Positions 45,731 to 56,551 are shown, counted from the first letter of the stretch. The stretch is 64,000 nucleotides of DNA from Candidatus Micrarchaeota archaeon (GCA_043806595.1 JAZDGU010000004.1:8353-72352); one strand, 5' to 3'. Program-made: numbers and translations. The notes: generated by a model from the sequence alone, not told the origin.

Positions 45731-46459
45731 ATGCCAGAAGACGAGTCTTTCGACGACGAGGAATCCGTTGCGGAGCGCGCTGCAGAAGACTTCCGCCAGC
45801 TTGACCTGAGCGAGTTCGTCAAGGAGCCGAGCTGGCGCGAGGTCCTGCTGGAGGCGATAGAGAACGAGCGGCTCGACCCGTGGAACGTCGACATCGCCAA
45901 GGTCGCGGACGCCTACCTGCAGACCGTGCGCAAGATGCAGGCGCTCGACCTGCGCGTTCCCGCGAACGTCATACTGGCAAGCGCGCTGCTGCTGCAGTAC
46001 AAGGCGCAGGCCTTGCGGCTGGAGGAGCCCGAGCCCGCGGTCGAGGAGCAGGTGCGCGCGCTCTACGACGAGGAGATTCCGGCGCTCGCATACAACACGA
46101 ACAACCCGAGGACGAGGCCGGTGACGCTCGGCGAGCTGCTGGAGGCCGTCGAGGAGGTTCTGAGCCAGGGCCCGAGGGAGATTCCGCGGAGGGAGAGGCC
46201 CGCTCCCCTGGAGCTGGAACTTCCCAAGGAGGAAATGCACGAGCTCATGCAGAGGGTATACGACAGGGCGCACGAGTTGAAGGACCGGGAGAGCATGCTG
46301 CTCTTCTCCAGCCTAGCAAGAAGCTTCAACGGCCACGGCGAGCCCGCGGCCAGCGTCGTGTCCCACAGCCTCATTCCCGTGCTGCACCTCGTGCAGGACC
46401 AGAGGATGATGGCGTGGCAGGACGCGCTTTTCGGCGAGATATTCATCAAGGTCTACTGA
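45731..46459 (+). CDS. scpA: segregation and condensation protein A (kleisin)
   Basis: 242 aa. LDPWNVDIAKVADAYL and ANVILASALLL match the ScpA N-terminal motifs. Confidence 0.7.
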   Translation: MPEDESFDDEESVAERAAEDFRQLDLSEFVKEPSWREVLLEAIENERLDPWNVDIAKVADAYLQTVRKMQALDLRVPANVILASALLLQYKAQALRLEEPEPAVEEQVRALYDEEIPALAYNTNNPRTRPVTLGELLEAVEEVLSQGPREIPRRERPAPLELELPKEEMHELMQRVYDRAHELKDRESMLLFSSLARSFNGHGEPAASVVSHSLIPVLHLVQDQRMMAWQDALFGEIFIKVY

Positions 46460-46489
46460 CCCTGCGCTGCAGCCTTCCGAAAAGCCGGC

Positions 46490-47383
46490 TCAACCGCACT
46501 CCGAGAGCGAGAAGCACGCCCCCTCGCGGTATTCGCAGCCCTTGAAGACGGCGGGCGCGCCGGAATCGCATAACAGGAGCGCCTCGCTGCATGTGTCCGG
46601 CCGGGACTCGAGGCAGCAGATGCCGTCGTGTGCGACGCAGTTACCGGCAACGGGGGCTGCGGGGGGCTCGGCAGCGCAGTCCTGCGGGCAGTTCTCCGGG
46701 GTCTCAACGAGCGGGCAGCCCGCGCCGGTGCAGCTGACCCTCTGGCAGAAGCCGTCGCCGCAGTCGGGGTTGAAGAAGCGGGCCCCGAACTCTTCGGGGG
46801 TGAGCAGGCTTGCCAGCGGGGAGAACGAGTAGGAGCCGAGGTCAATGCGGAGGGAGCGGGCGTCGATGTCCAGTATGAGCCGGGACTCCTGTCCGGCAAG
46901 GACGATGAACGGGCTGCCCACCGCGACGGACGACTTCGGGGCCTTGACCGAGTATTTCTTGAGAACCGGCGCACAGACGGACCTCGGCAGCTGGTTGAAC
47001 GGAAGGCCGTAGCACTCCTTCGGCTTCTCCCCGAAGAGCGCGCGCACGGACGACACCCTGAAGCGCAGCTTGGTGTAGCCGCCCTGCGCCAGCGGGAAGC
47101 GGCCCCAAGGAGCGGAACGGTTCGCCAGCGCGATCAAATCGAAGTCCTTCGCGGACTTGGAGAGCAGCACCCAGCCGCCCTCCCCTGCAGTCGAGGCGTA
47201 AAGGTCCGTTAGGGTGACGTTGAGCTGGAGCAGGCCGGGCAGCGGGGCGTCGACGACTTCCAGCACGAGGAAGCCGGAATCCGGGCCGGGTTCCGGCGAC
47301 GCACGGGCGAAAGGGTTCGGTATGGTGCAGCCCGCAAGCAGTATGAACGCGGCGGCCAATGACGCAAAGGCAGGGAACCGCAT
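46490..47383 (-). CDS. secreted lipoprotein with Cys-rich C-terminal region
   Basis: Signal plus lipobox-like LLAGC. C-terminal cluster of about 14 Cys (CGDGFCQRVSCTGAGC ... ). Confidence 0.55.
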   Translation of the reverse strand: MRFPAFASLAAAFILLAGCTIPNPFARASPEPGPDSGFLVLEVVDAPLPGLLQLNVTLTDLYASTAGEGGWVLLSKSAKDFDLIALANRSAPWGRFPLAQGGYTKLRFRVSSVRALFGEKPKECYGLPFNQLPRSVCAPVLKKYSVKAPKSSVAVGSPFIVLAGQESRLILDIDARSLRIDLGSYSFSPLASLLTPEEFGARFFNPDCGDGFCQRVSCTGAGCPLVETPENCPQDCAAEPPAAPVAGNCVAHDGICCLESRPDTCSEALLLCDSGAPAVFKGCEYREGACFSLSECG

Positions 47384-47589
47384 GACGGAATAGGAACGCG
47401 GGGCGGTATAAAAATGCTCGGCACGGGAGACGACGGGAAGGTGGAAACGCCAAAATGGGCGCCGGGGGATAAAGATAAAGTTTTTATTCTTTGAATGCGA
47501 TGGTTATTGGCGATTGGACGTTTTCCTAGCGGGCTAGGATGGGGTTTCACGGGCTTACTGCTAATTGTCTGTGACGGAAAACTACAGGG

Positions 47590-49251
47590 GTGGATAATAT
47601 GGCACAGGACGGACGGCTGGGCAACCAGCAGATGGTGATACTGCCAGAGGGCTCCCAGAGAATCCTCGGCAGGGACGCGCAGCGCACGAACATAGCCGTC
47701 GGCTACGCGGTCGCGCAGGCGATCAAGAGCACGCTCGGGCCGCGCGGCATGGACAAGATGCTCGTCGACGAGATGGGCGACATCGTGATAACGAACGACG
47801 GAGCGACAATCCTGAAGGAAATCAACATTGAGCACCCCGCGGGCAAGATGATGGTGGAAATCGCCAAGACGCAGGACGACGAGGTCGGCGACGGCACGAC
47901 GACGGCCGTAGTGCTGGCCGGCGAGCTTCTGAAGAAGAGCCTCGAGCTGCTGGACCAGAACATCCACGCCTCGACGATAATCACGGGCTACAAGTCCGCG
48001 GCCGCGAAGGCAATCGAGTTCCTCGAGAAGCACAGCGAGGCGGTGTCGCACAAGGACAAGGAGCTGCTCGAGGAAATCGCGAGCATCAGCATGGGAAGCA
48101 AGACCGTCGGCTCCGGCGGGGCCAAGGACGTGCTCGCCAAGCTCGTGGTCTCCGCGGTGACGCAGGTCGCGGAGGTCAGGGACGGCAAGATTAAGATCGA
48201 CAAGGACTACGTCAAGCTCGAGAAGAAGCAGGGAGGGGACGTCATGCAGACTTCCCTCATCAACGGCGTGCTCATCGACAAGGAGGTCGTGCACCCCGGC
48301 ATGCCCAAGAGCCTTTCCAACGCAAAGATTGCGCTCGTGGACACAGCGCTTGAAATCGAGAAGACCGAGACCGACGCGCGCATCAGCATAACCTCGCCAA
48401 ACCAGATGACCGCCTTCCTCGAGCAGGAGGAGAAGATGCTCAAGGACATGGTGGACAAGGTTGCGAAGAGCGGATGCAACGTGCTGTTCTGCCAGAAAGG
48501 GATAGACGACGTCGCGCAGCACTACCTGAGCAAGAAGGGAATCACCGCGGCGAGGCGAGTCAAGAAGAGCGACATGGAGAAGCTCGTCAGGGCGACCGGC
48601 GCAAGGATCGTCACCACGCTGGACGACCTGAGCGAGAAGGACCTCGGAAAGGCCGGCCTCGTGGAGGAGCGCAAGATTGCAGGCGAGCAGATGATCTTCG
48701 TCGAGAAGTGCCACAACCCGAAGAGCGTGACGATACTCGTCCGCGCGGGCACCCAGCACGTGGTGGACGAGGCCGAGCGCGCGGTGGTCGACGCCATCGG
48801 CGCGGTATCGAGCGCCATCGAGGAGGGCAAGTACGTCTACGGCGGCGGGAGCGTGGAGATGGAGCTCGCCATGCACCTCAGGAAGTATGCGGTCGAGGTC
48901 GGCGGGCGCGAGCAGCTGGCGATAACCGCGTTCGCGGAGGCCATGGAAGTCATACCCAAGACCCTCGCCGAGAGCTGCGGCATGGACGCCATAGACACGC
49001 TAGTCGAGCTGCGCACCAAGCACGAGAAGCAGGGCAAGAGCCTAGGCGTGGACGTCTATTCCGCAAAGCTGGCGGACATGAAGGCGCTGAAGGTGATCGA
49101 GCCCATGAAGATAAAGAAGCAGGCCATCCAGAGCGCTTCCGAGGTCACCGAGATGCTGTTGCGCATCGACGACATCATCGCCAGCAGGGGCAAGCCATCG
49201 ATGCCGCCGGGCGGCGCAGGCGGGCCGGGCGGCGGCATGGACATGGATTAA
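47590..49251 (+). CDS. ths: thermosome subunit (group II chaperonin)
   Basis: 553 aa. [32 protein letters not shown], and C-terminal GGM repeats are archetypal. Confidence 0.9.
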   Translation: MDNMAQDGRLGNQQMVILPEGSQRILGRDAQRTNIAVGYAVAQAIKSTLGPRGMDKMLVDEMGDIVITNDGATILKEINIEHPAGKMMVEIAKTQDDEVGDGTTTAVVLAGELLKKSLELLDQNIHASTIITGYKSAAAKAIEFLEKHSEAVSHKDKELLEEIASISMGSKTVGSGGAKDVLAKLVVSAVTQVAEVRDGKIKIDKDYVKLEKKQGGDVMQTSLINGVLIDKEVVHPGMPKSLSNAKIALVDTALEIEKTETDARISITSPNQMTAFLEQEEKMLKDMVDKVAKSGCNVLFCQKGIDDVAQHYLSKKGITAARRVKKSDMEKLVRATGARIVTTLDDLSEKDLGKAGLVEERKIAGEQMIFVEKCHNPKSVTILVRAGTQHVVDEAERAVVDAIGAVSSAIEEGKYVYGGGSVEMELAMHLRKYAVEVGGREQLAITAFAEAMEVIPKTLAESCGMDAIDTLVELRTKHEKQGKSLGVDVYSAKLADMKALKVIEPMKIKKQAIQSASEVTEMLLRIDDIIASRGKPSMPPGGAGGPGGGMDMD

Positions 49252-49288
49252 GGGCTCTAACGCGCGGGCCCCCGTTTCCTTTTTTATT

Positions 49289-49972
49289 TTGAACTTCCTA
49301 GTGGAAGCCATGGCTCACACGCCCATGCACGAAATCGACTGGCACAAGCTCTATAGCGGGAAAACCGGCGGCAAGCTGCTGTTCGATGGCAAGGCGCTTG
49401 AAGAATACCGCAGGCAGGAGAAGCCATTCGCGGAATTAGTCAAAAGGCATGCCGGCAGCGGGCAGAGGGGGCTCGACGCGGGATGCGGCCTCGGTAGGAT
49501 GACGCTCTTACTTTCACTGGAAGGCTACTGCATGACTGCGCTCGACAGGGACAGGCGCATGCTTGAAATCGCCGAGAAGAACGTGAATGCCAACGGCGGA
49601 AAGGCGGATTTTGTGGCGGGGGACTTGACGAGCCTCGAGTTCCCGGCGGATTCCTTCGATTTCATAGTCCACCAGGGCATCCTCGAGCATTATTCCGAGG
49701 AGGAGGCGAAGGACATTCTTCGGCACCATCTCTCGGTTGCGCGGCTGGTGGCCTTCTCCGTGCCGATCGCAGGCGAGAAGACGAAGGTTTACTTCGGCGG
49801 CGACTCGATCGAGAGGAACGTCAGGGATTTCGACGGATGGATGAAGGCGCTGGCGGGATTCAAGGTCGCCGAGGCGTTCGAGGCACAGCAGAGGAGCTTT
49901 AACCTGCTCGCGGCAATCACGCGCTGGCCGCAAAAAAGTGCACCGGAAACGCGGTTGCGCAAGGAACAATAA
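49289..49972 (+). CDS. class I SAM-dependent methyltransferase
   Basis: 227 aa. LDAGCGLGRMTLLLS (motif I), ADFVAGDL. Confidence 0.7.
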   Translation: MNFLVEAMAHTPMHEIDWHKLYSGKTGGKLLFDGKALEEYRRQEKPFAELVKRHAGSGQRGLDAGCGLGRMTLLLSLEGYCMTALDRDRRMLEIAEKNVNANGGKADFVAGDLTSLEFPADSFDFIVHQGILEHYSEEEAKDILRHHLSVARLVAFSVPIAGEKTKVYFGGDSIERNVRDFDGWMKALAGFKVAEAFEAQQRSFNLLAAITRWPQKSAPETRLRKEQ

Positions 49973-50061
49973 GCACTAGCGCCCAGCAGCTGGCGGGAAG
50001 GCCGTAAAACCAACGGCAACATTAAATACCACCCGAATCCATATTTTTAGTGGTGGTTTAG

Positions 50062-50319
50062 GTGGAAACCGTCGTGAGGTTCGTTGGAGTTCCGGAATTC
50101 GTCTTGGACAAGCTGGTTTCGATGGGCTATTTCGCGACCAAGACCGAGGCCTTGAGGGCCGGGGTGCTCGAACTCGGAAAGGAATACAAGATACTCGGCG
50201 AGGCGGGGAAGATGGAGGAGGAACTCGTCGCACGCAAGCTTGAAAGGGAGGAGAAGGAGCTCAAGCGTTCCGGCGGCAAATACCTTTCCGAGAAGGAGGC
50301 GCTGTCGAAATACCGGTGA
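50062..50319 (+). CDS. RHH (CopG-like) antitoxin (paralog A)
   Basis: 85 aa, GTG start. METVVRFVGVPEFVLDKLVSMGYFATKTEALRAGVLELGKEY is paralogous to the 59730 gene. Confidence 0.6.
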   Translation: METVVRFVGVPEFVLDKLVSMGYFATKTEALRAGVLELGKEYKILGEAGKMEEELVARKLEREEKELKRSGGKYLSEKEALSKYR

Positions 50320-50325
50320 TGCGAG

Positions 50326-50595
50326 TTGGAGCTTAAGCCGTTCAGGCTGGAATTCAACCCCGGCTGGGACAGGCATTTCAGGAAATTCGACCGCGCGGTG
50401 CAGGAAAGGATTCTCGCGAAACTGGAACAGATGAAACAGCCACTGCCGGCCCGGGGAATGCACGCGAGCCGGTACAAGATCGAGGAAGCGGGCGGCTACC
50501 GCATTGCGTACATCCAAGATGATGAGAAAAGGGAAAAGCGGATTCACTTCGTCGGCGACCACAAACAATACGAAGAATGGTATTCGTCGAAATAG
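50326..50595 (+). CDS. relE: RelE/ParE-family toxin (paralog A)
   Basis: 89 aa. YRIAYIQDDEKREKRIHFVGDHKQYEEWY matches the paralog at 59981 (YRIIYTCKEGVKRIYFVGDHKEYERWY). Confidence 0.7.
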   Translation: MELKPFRLEFNPGWDRHFRKFDRAVQERILAKLEQMKQPLPARGMHASRYKIEEAGGYRIAYIQDDEKREKRIHFVGDHKQYEEWYSSK

Positions 50596-50686
50596 GCGGT
50601 GAGGCGTTCGGCGAAAATAGTTTATTCAAGGACAGCGAAAGCAAGACTTGCAAAGCGCAAATGCTTAGGGGGAAGGGGCGTCTTGC

Positions 50687-51157
50687 ATGAAGGCAAGGAA
50701 GAAGGAGCTGGTTCCCGTGGGTTTCGACTGGCCGAGGAGGAGGCGCATGGACCTGATCCCGGCGGCCTGGGAAGAAGGATTTCCGGCGCTGAGGATGCCC
50801 GGCTTCGCGGGAATGGGGGAGCCGGTGGTGGACGTCTTCGATGCGGGCAAGGAGATGGTCGTCACGGCGGAGCTGCCGGGCACGAAGAAGGAGGACATCT
50901 CCATCAAGGTGACCGGCGAGGTAATCAACCTCACGGTCAAGAGGCGCGAGCGCGCGGAGGAGAGGCGGGAGGACAGGCGCCGCGGCTTCTACTCGTATTC
51001 CTCGTCGAGCAGGTTCGAGGGCTACAGCAGGAGCATCCCCTTCGGCACTGCCGTCAACGCGAAGGCGGCAAAGGCCACGTACAAGAACGGCGTCCTCGAA
51101 ATCCGCGTGCCCAAGACCGCAGGCAAGCGCCCGGGGCACGCCATCGAAGTCGAATAA
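50687..51157 (+). CDS. hsp20: small heat shock protein Hsp20
   Basis: 156 aa alpha-crystallin domain (PVVDVFDAGKEMVVTAELPG ... NGVLEIRVPK). Confidence 0.8.
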   Translation: MKARKKELVPVGFDWPRRRRMDLIPAAWEEGFPALRMPGFAGMGEPVVDVFDAGKEMVVTAELPGTKKEDISIKVTGEVINLTVKRRERAEERREDRRRGFYSYSSSSRFEGYSRSIPFGTAVNAKAAKATYKNGVLEIRVPKTAGKRPGHAIEVE

Positions 51158-51252
51158 GGTGAGCGGCAGATTTTTATTCCACCAGCTCCAGCAAGAAAGC
51201 GGGGCAAAAGACTGATTCTCCGGAGCGCGGCACGGCCCAGCGGAACGCCTGA

Positions 51253-51642
51253 ATGCACGAGAAACAGCTCGCCGCGGTGTGCGCCGCGGCCGCAGTCGCG
51301 GGAATACTCCTTATCGCCGCCTATTCGAAGGCGCTGGCAGCGCAGCCGATGGGCATCGCGGAGATTTCCGGGGCCGACATCGGAAAAGCCTTGAAGGTCA
51401 AGGGCGCGCTGGCCTCGATCTATTCCAGAAACGGCAACTGGTTCATCTCCGTCTGCAACAAGGGCTGCATCAAGGCGTTCATTCCCGCGTCCGTCGCAAG
51501 GGGCATGCCCGGAAAGGGAACGGACCTCAAGGCTTTGAGGAAGGGCGCGTGGATTTCCTTCTCCGGAGCCGTCCAGGAATACAAGGGCGCGCTCGAAATC
51601 GCGGCATACGACGAATACTGTGTCGAGGTGCACAGGCCGTGA
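51253..51642 (+). CDS. membrane-anchored OB-fold-like protein
   Basis: 129 aa. N-terminal TM, then KVKGALASIYSRNGNWFISVCNKG ... resembling OB-fold anticodon-binding-like domains. Confidence 0.45.
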   Translation: MHEKQLAAVCAAAAVAGILLIAAYSKALAAQPMGIAEISGADIGKALKVKGALASIYSRNGNWFISVCNKGCIKAFIPASVARGMPGKGTDLKALRKGAWISFSGAVQEYKGALEIAAYDEYCVEVHRP

Positions 51643-52793
51643 TGGAGTTCCTCGCAGGCGCACTGCTGGGCATGCTCGGCGTGCTGCCGTTCGTGCACAC
51701 CAACCTGATACTGCAGGTGGCGAAGCCCTTCCTCGCGCAGGGCGCGGGCCTCGTCGCGTTCGCCTCCGCGTTGTCGTTCTCGCACCTCGTATTCGAGACG
51801 CTGCCGGCGCTGTTCCTGTTCATCCCGACGGAAAACCTTTCTGCCAGCGTTCTGCCGTTCCAGCGCATGGCACTGCAGGGAAGGGGGGCGGAGGCGCTCA
51901 ACAGGATCATCGCGGCCACGCTTCTCGCGCTCTGCGTCGCGGCTGCAGTGCTTCCCCTGCAGGCCGCGGCGCTGCCGGCAATCAAGGAGGCCGTTGGGGA
52001 AAACCTGAAGTGGGCGCTGCTCGCCGTGCTCGCACTCTACTTCACGTCGATGCGCAAATGGAAGGAAAGGCTCGGGTCGCTGGCGGTGTTCCTGCTTTCC
52101 GGGGCGCTCGGAGTCACGGCGTTCGCCGCGCCATGGGTGCGGGAGCCCTTGTTCCCGCTGCTCACCGGCCTCTTCGCCGTGCCGGCGATACTGCTCGCCC
52201 GCGGCAGCGCGGTCAAGGACGGAGGCGCCGCCGGGGAAACCCGGCTCGACGTGCGGCTGGTGCTCGCGGGAGTAGCCGTCGGCTCCGTCTCATCCCTTTT
52301 GCCCGGCCTGACCGTCGCCGTGCTGCTCTGCATATGCCTGCTCGCGGTCAAGGAGGACTACGGCGCGTTCATGTCGCTTGCCCCGAGCATAGCCGCATCC
52401 AAGACGCTCTACGACCTCGCCTCTCCGTTCACCGTCGGGAATGCGAGGAGCATGGCAGGCGCGATCATCGCCGGGGCGCCTGGCCCGGAGGCGCAGACGC
52501 TGGCAATTGCGTCGGCTTCCGCGCTCGCCTCGGCGGCGCTGGCCTCCGCGGTACTGCTCGCGACGTATAGGAAAATCCTCGCGAAAACCGGCGGCGACTA
52601 CTCCGGATTCAAGAAGTGGCTCCTGGCGGTGCTGGCGCTGATTGCGCTCGGCCTCAACGGCTGGCAGGGAATCCTGCTGATGACCACCGCGGCGCTTGTC
52701 GGCGCGCTGCCGCTCCTGCTCGGGCTGCGCAGGAGCGCCGCCGTCGGGGCGCTCGTCGTGCCCGCGCTCGCTTACCACTTCGGCATGGCGTGA
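51643..52793 (+). CDS. TctA/DUF112 family membrane protein
   Basis: 383 aa from MEFLAGALLGMLGVLPF, 10+ TM segments with LPGLT-type motifs. Start overlaps the upstream stop (GTGATGG). Confidence 0.6.
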
Positions 52794-52958
52794 CTGAAAC
52801 CGGCCCATAAATCGTTGTGCGCATAAACCATTTGGCGACAAGCGATGCAGAGTATGGTTAGCCGGCATGCTTCAACTGACCTTGCCGCGGTTAACCGTTT
52901 TATAGGACGCTCCCGACTTGACCCCGCGTTTTAAAAACCGGGGAAAGGTAGTAGGAGC

Positions 52959-53396
52959 ATGGCCAAGAGGGCGCAGGTGGGCGTCGAGATGTTCCTCGTG
53001 TTCAGCATAGCCCTCCTCGTGCTGTTCTGGTTCTCCAACTACCTCAACGCGTTCTCGTCGTCGGCCCAGAAAATCGGGGCGAACGAGCAGCAGAAGCTCG
53101 CGCTCAAGGACCTCGCGAAACTGGCGAACGACGTCTGCGTCATGCGCGCCAACCTGACCGTCAAGGCGCCGTGCATAACCGTGGGGAGCGAGAGCATGCT
53201 TTACCGGCTCTACGGCACCCTGCCGGCGAACGTGATCCGCATGAACAACACGTTCACGAACCATTCGAGCGCGGAGAAGGTCAACTGCAACGTCGACGTC
53301 ATGGTGCCGGACTACGTGCGGTGCACGTCGAGGGAAATGCTGTGCATGTACAAGTCCGGGGACGACGTGGTCATCACGAGGGGGGCATGCACTTGA
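52959..53396 (+). CDS. class III signal peptide pilin-like protein 1
   Basis: 145 aa. MAKRAQVGVEMFLVFSIALLVLFWF. TATA GTTTTAAAAACC 25 nt upstream. Cys-rich mature domain. Confidence 0.55.
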   Translation: MAKRAQVGVEMFLVFSIALLVLFWFSNYLNAFSSSAQKIGANEQQKLALKDLAKLANDVCVMRANLTVKAPCITVGSESMLYRLYGTLPANVIRMNNTFTNHSSAEKVNCNVDVMVPDYVRCTSREMLCMYKSGDDVVITRGACT

Positions 53397-53719
53397 GGGC
53401 GCAGGTTTTCAGCATAGACTTCGTCGTCGCGACGACCATACTCCTGCTCGGGCTCGGCATAGCCCTGCAGACCGTCGACCTCGTCCAGAAGGACGCCGAC
53501 ACCTACGCGAACATGCAGACCAACAACGCCGAAACCGTCGCGGAAGGCCTGATGCGTTCCGTAGAGGGGTTCGCCAACCACTCGCCGTACTGCTTCAGGT
53601 ACAGCAACGGCACCAGCACGTGCGGCGGCTTCTCCTGCGCGTTCAACACGTTCACCGCGACGAGGCTCGTCAACTGCGAGGGCGCGGTGTGCTCGATGGA
53701 GGTAAGGACCTGTGAATAA
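53387..53719 (+). CDS. class III signal peptide pilin-like protein 2
   Basis: 110 aa. MHLRAQVFSIDFVVATTILLLGLGIAL. Start overlaps the upstream stop. The ORF track merges it into 53171..53719. Confidence 0.5.
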   Translation: MHLRAQVFSIDFVVATTILLLGLGIALQTVDLVQKDADTYANMQTNNAETVAEGLMRSVEGFANHSPYCFRYSNGTSTCGGFSCAFNTFTATRLVNCEGAVCSMEVRTCE

Positions 53720-54710
53720 GGGATTCGTGTTCACCGCCGACGCGCTGTTCGCGCTCACCGCCATCTCCGTGCTGGCGACCTCGTACGTCATCATCCACTC
53801 CATCCAGTACCAGTCGCAGAAGTACGCCAGCCTCGAGAACCAGGGGAGGGACTACCTGCGGCTGGTGTACCGCGAGGGCTTCGCGAACTTCACGAACGAG
53901 TCCTTCCACGCACTGACGGGCCACAACTGCTACGGGTGCATCCAGAGTCCCTTCTGGGGCTTCGAGACGGAAGCGGACCTTGAGGACTGGACAATCATTT
54001 ATGGCTCTTGGCAGCTAAAAGACATAGGCGCAGGAGTCTCCCATATTGTCCTAATAGAGGCAGGTACCCCCGGCTTTTCAAATTCGACCATTACGACCGG
54101 CAAATACTACTGGAGCAACTACTCGGTCAGCGCCAAGGTTGCCATGGGAACCACAGGATCCACGGATATAATGGGAATAGGCATTTATTCCAACAGCACC
54201 GGCGGCAGGTACGTTTGCGCTCTTGATTTCAGAACCGGCACATACTACATTGCCGTCTACAAGGCGTTCAACTCGACCAGTCCGTATGTTCTGCCGGCGG
54301 ATACCGCCGTCGCAAGAACGCCACTGCCGGTAGGATATGACTCGCATGTGTTCCACGACCTCAACGTCTCCGCATTCGGCGGGGTAGTCAACTGCTCCAC
54401 ATACGATAATACGAACACAATCAGCGCCGTTTACTACGACCCCAACCCCCTCGACAGCGGCAAGGTGACCCTGGGACGTGGAGAATACCAAAGCGCGGCA
54501 CAATACGATAACATTACCATCAATTTCGTCGCCGGGTACCCGCCGAGGGACGTGCCGTTCGTGATGCGCAGCTCGATGCTCACCTACCCGTGGGAGTGCG
54601 GGTGCAGCCCTTACGAGCCGAACTGCTCGATTAGCAACGCTTCGCCGTGCCTGCGCTACCAGGAGCCGCTGGAAGCGGACTGGGTGAAGCACGAGGTCTG
54701 GGTGAACTGA
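53712..54710 (+). CDS. pilin-like secreted protein 3 with large N-glycosylation-sequon-rich domain
   Basis: 332 aa. MNKGFVFTADALFALTAISVLA, then more than 15 NxS/T sequons. 8-nt overlap upstream, ATGA overlap downstream. Confidence 0.55.
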   Translation: MNKGFVFTADALFALTAISVLATSYVIIHSIQYQSQKYASLENQGRDYLRLVYREGFANFTNESFHALTGHNCYGCIQSPFWGFETEADLEDWTIIYGSWQLKDIGAGVSHIVLIEAGTPGFSNSTITTGKYYWSNYSVSAKVAMGTTGSTDIMGIGIYSNSTGGRYVCALDFRTGTYYIAVYKAFNSTSPYVLPADTAVARTPLPVGYDSHVFHDLNVSAFGGVVNCSTYDNTNTISAVYYDPNPLDSGKVTLGRGEYQSAAQYDNITINFVAGYPPRDVPFVMRSSMLTYPWECGCSPYEPNCSISNASPCLRYQEPLEADWVKHEVWVN

Positions 54711-55321
54711 TGAGAAAAGCTTTCTTCTCGTTCGTCGTGATCGCCGCGGTGTCGGTGGCGCTCATGCTGCTCGCGGCCTACGCCAAGTCGTGGTACGACT
54801 ACAGGAACACCGCGAACTACGACCTCGAGGTGCGGCTCGTCGACCAGAGGGCGAACGACAGCGAGACTTTCATCAGCGGCATGCTCGACGACATCGTGGT
54901 TGACTCCGCTTACAGCACGTGGGGCTGCAAACCGTCGGATACCGGACCGGCGGGGCCGTACAGCCTCTGCACCGAGGCGAGCAACTCGAGGATGCCGGCA
55001 TACTGGAGGGCAGTCGCCAACCTCTCGACCGCAGGCGTGACGTTTTACAACAATACCGAGTATTATTTCAGATGCGGATGGCTCTCTTGGGTCAACAAAA
55101 CCGCCGCACCAAAATACAACTATACCGAATACATCCTCAATCTCACAGTAAACTATACGGTCAACACATCCCATGCCGCGGTCAACCACACGTTGCTGAT
55201 GATAAACAAGCGGTTCGATGTCAATAGCAGCAACATGGCCAACGGCAAGTACATCAATATAACGATTTTCAACGCCGCGTTCGGGAGGGCGTATTCCTAT
55301 TACGTCGACTGCACGGTCTGA
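54710..55321 (+). CDS. signal-anchored extracellular protein 4 (sequon-rich)
   Basis: 203 aa from MRKAFFSFVVIAAVSVALMLLAAY. Many NxT/S. The ORF track starts at 54647. Confidence 0.5.
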   Translation: MRKAFFSFVVIAAVSVALMLLAAYAKSWYDYRNTANYDLEVRLVDQRANDSETFISGMLDDIVVDSAYSTWGCKPSDTGPAGPYSLCTEASNSRMPAYWRAVANLSTAGVTFYNNTEYYFRCGWLSWVNKTAAPKYNYTEYILNLTVNYTVNTSHAAVNHTLLMINKRFDVNSSNMANGKYINITIFNAAFGRAYSYYVDCTV

Positions 55322-55411
55322 CGCGCTCCCGAGGAAGGGGCCGCAAAGCGCTGGAGAGGCAAAGAGTTATAAAAAGCCGCGAAGCCTAAGATACGGGGGA
55401 GGGGTAAAGTC

Positions 55412-55993
55412 ATGCGGCAGGCCGTCATACTAATCGGGCTTCTCGTGGCGGCAATCGCCATATATGCCGCGATCCCCAAGCCGGAGCTCTCGCCCTACGG
55501 CACGGACCAGGTCAAGCAGTTCGTGCTCGAGGACGCGAGGAACGACTACCCGTCGGCGCAGGTCGAGGTGCTCTCCGCCGGGAACAAGGACGGGAAGTGG
55601 CTCGTCGACGTCAAGATAGCGAGGGACGCGCACTCCAAGTGCCCGAAGATAGTCATGCGCGCCTACACGTTCCCGCCCATACTGTTCCGCGAGGAGGTCT
55701 ACAACGACAGGTGCAGTGCCGGAGGTTCGCTGCTGGTATACCCCGAGGAGGCGATACTGGCCTCTGCGCAGACTTCGCAGGTGAAGGCGCTGCCCGAGGA
55801 CGCGCAAGGGAACGCGCGCATGTACACCGCGGAGGAAATCAGGGCGCTGCAGCAGTGCGTCGCGTGCTCGCCGTTCGAGGAGTTCTCGAAGGCGCTGCCT
55901 GCTGAAAGGCTGTGGGCCGTCCAATGGGACTACGCGGGCAAGACTCTGTACGTCGCGCTGGACATCTACGGAAAGGCGGTCGCGACAAGCTAG
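55412..55993 (+). CDS. signal-anchored extracellular protein 5
   Basis: 193 aa. MRQAVILIGLLVAAIAIYAAIP. SD GGGGGAGGGG. Last gene of the pilin-like operon. Confidence 0.5.
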   Translation: MRQAVILIGLLVAAIAIYAAIPKPELSPYGTDQVKQFVLEDARNDYPSAQVEVLSAGNKDGKWLVDVKIARDAHSKCPKIVMRAYTFPPILFREEVYNDRCSAGGSLLVYPEEAILASAQTSQVKALPEDAQGNARMYTAEEIRALQQCVACSPFEEFSKALPAERLWAVQWDYAGKTLYVALDIYGKAVATS

Positions 55994-56514
55994 CCTATTG
56001 ACACGAGCGGCCGGCACTTCCTGCAGAACTCTGCAGTCTTGCGGTCGAGGAACATCAGGTTGCGCGCCTGGTTCATGACGCAGTTCCTGTTGCTGCAGTG
56101 CGGTATGCCCATCAGGTGCCCGAGCTGGTGCACTACCTTCTTGTAGAGCCTGCGCCGGAAGAGCTCGTCGTCGTGCCTGCCCTGCATGGCGGGGTCGAAG
56201 GCGTGGTAGCTGACGATGGCCGTGCGGCCTACGTTCTCGGCGACGCCGAACACCTGTTTGCGCCTGCCGGCGAACATGTCGTAGGGGAAGAGGCCGATGA
56301 CGAACGTCCCGCGCTCCTTCGCGAACAGCCCCGAGAGCCATTCCAGCAGCTTCTCCGCGTCCCACTGGCCGCGCGGCTCCGTGAAGTGCTCGTAGTCCGC
56401 GGGCAGGGGGCGCTTGAGGAGCACTACTTCCGCCTTGAACGCGCCGGAGAGCGTCGTCTTGAGGAAGGAGGCGTCCCTGCAGGGAAGCTCGACCTCGGCT
56501 AGGATTATGCGCAT
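55990..56514 (-). CDS. amzA: archaemetzincin zinc metalloprotease
   Basis: 174 aa from MRIILAEV. HQLGHLMGIPHCSNRNCVM plus C-terminal CRKC matches the archaemetzincin HExxHxxGxxH/CPxC signature. The ORF track extends to 56868. Confidence 0.75.
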   Translation of the reverse strand: MRIILAEVELPCRDASFLKTTLSGAFKAEVVLLKRPLPADYEHFTEPRGQWDAEKLLEWLSGLFAKERGTFVIGLFPYDMFAGRRKQVFGVAENVGRTAIVSYHAFDPAMQGRHDDELFRRRLYKKVVHQLGHLMGIPHCSNRNCVMNQARNLMFLDRKTAEFCRKCRPLVSIG

Positions 56515-56551
56515 GGGAAAGGCTAGGCGGCAGAGGTTTTTATTGGCTTGC

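Noticed and set aside
47209-48876. 555-aa minus-strand ORF
   Set aside because: Antisense to the thermosome gene.
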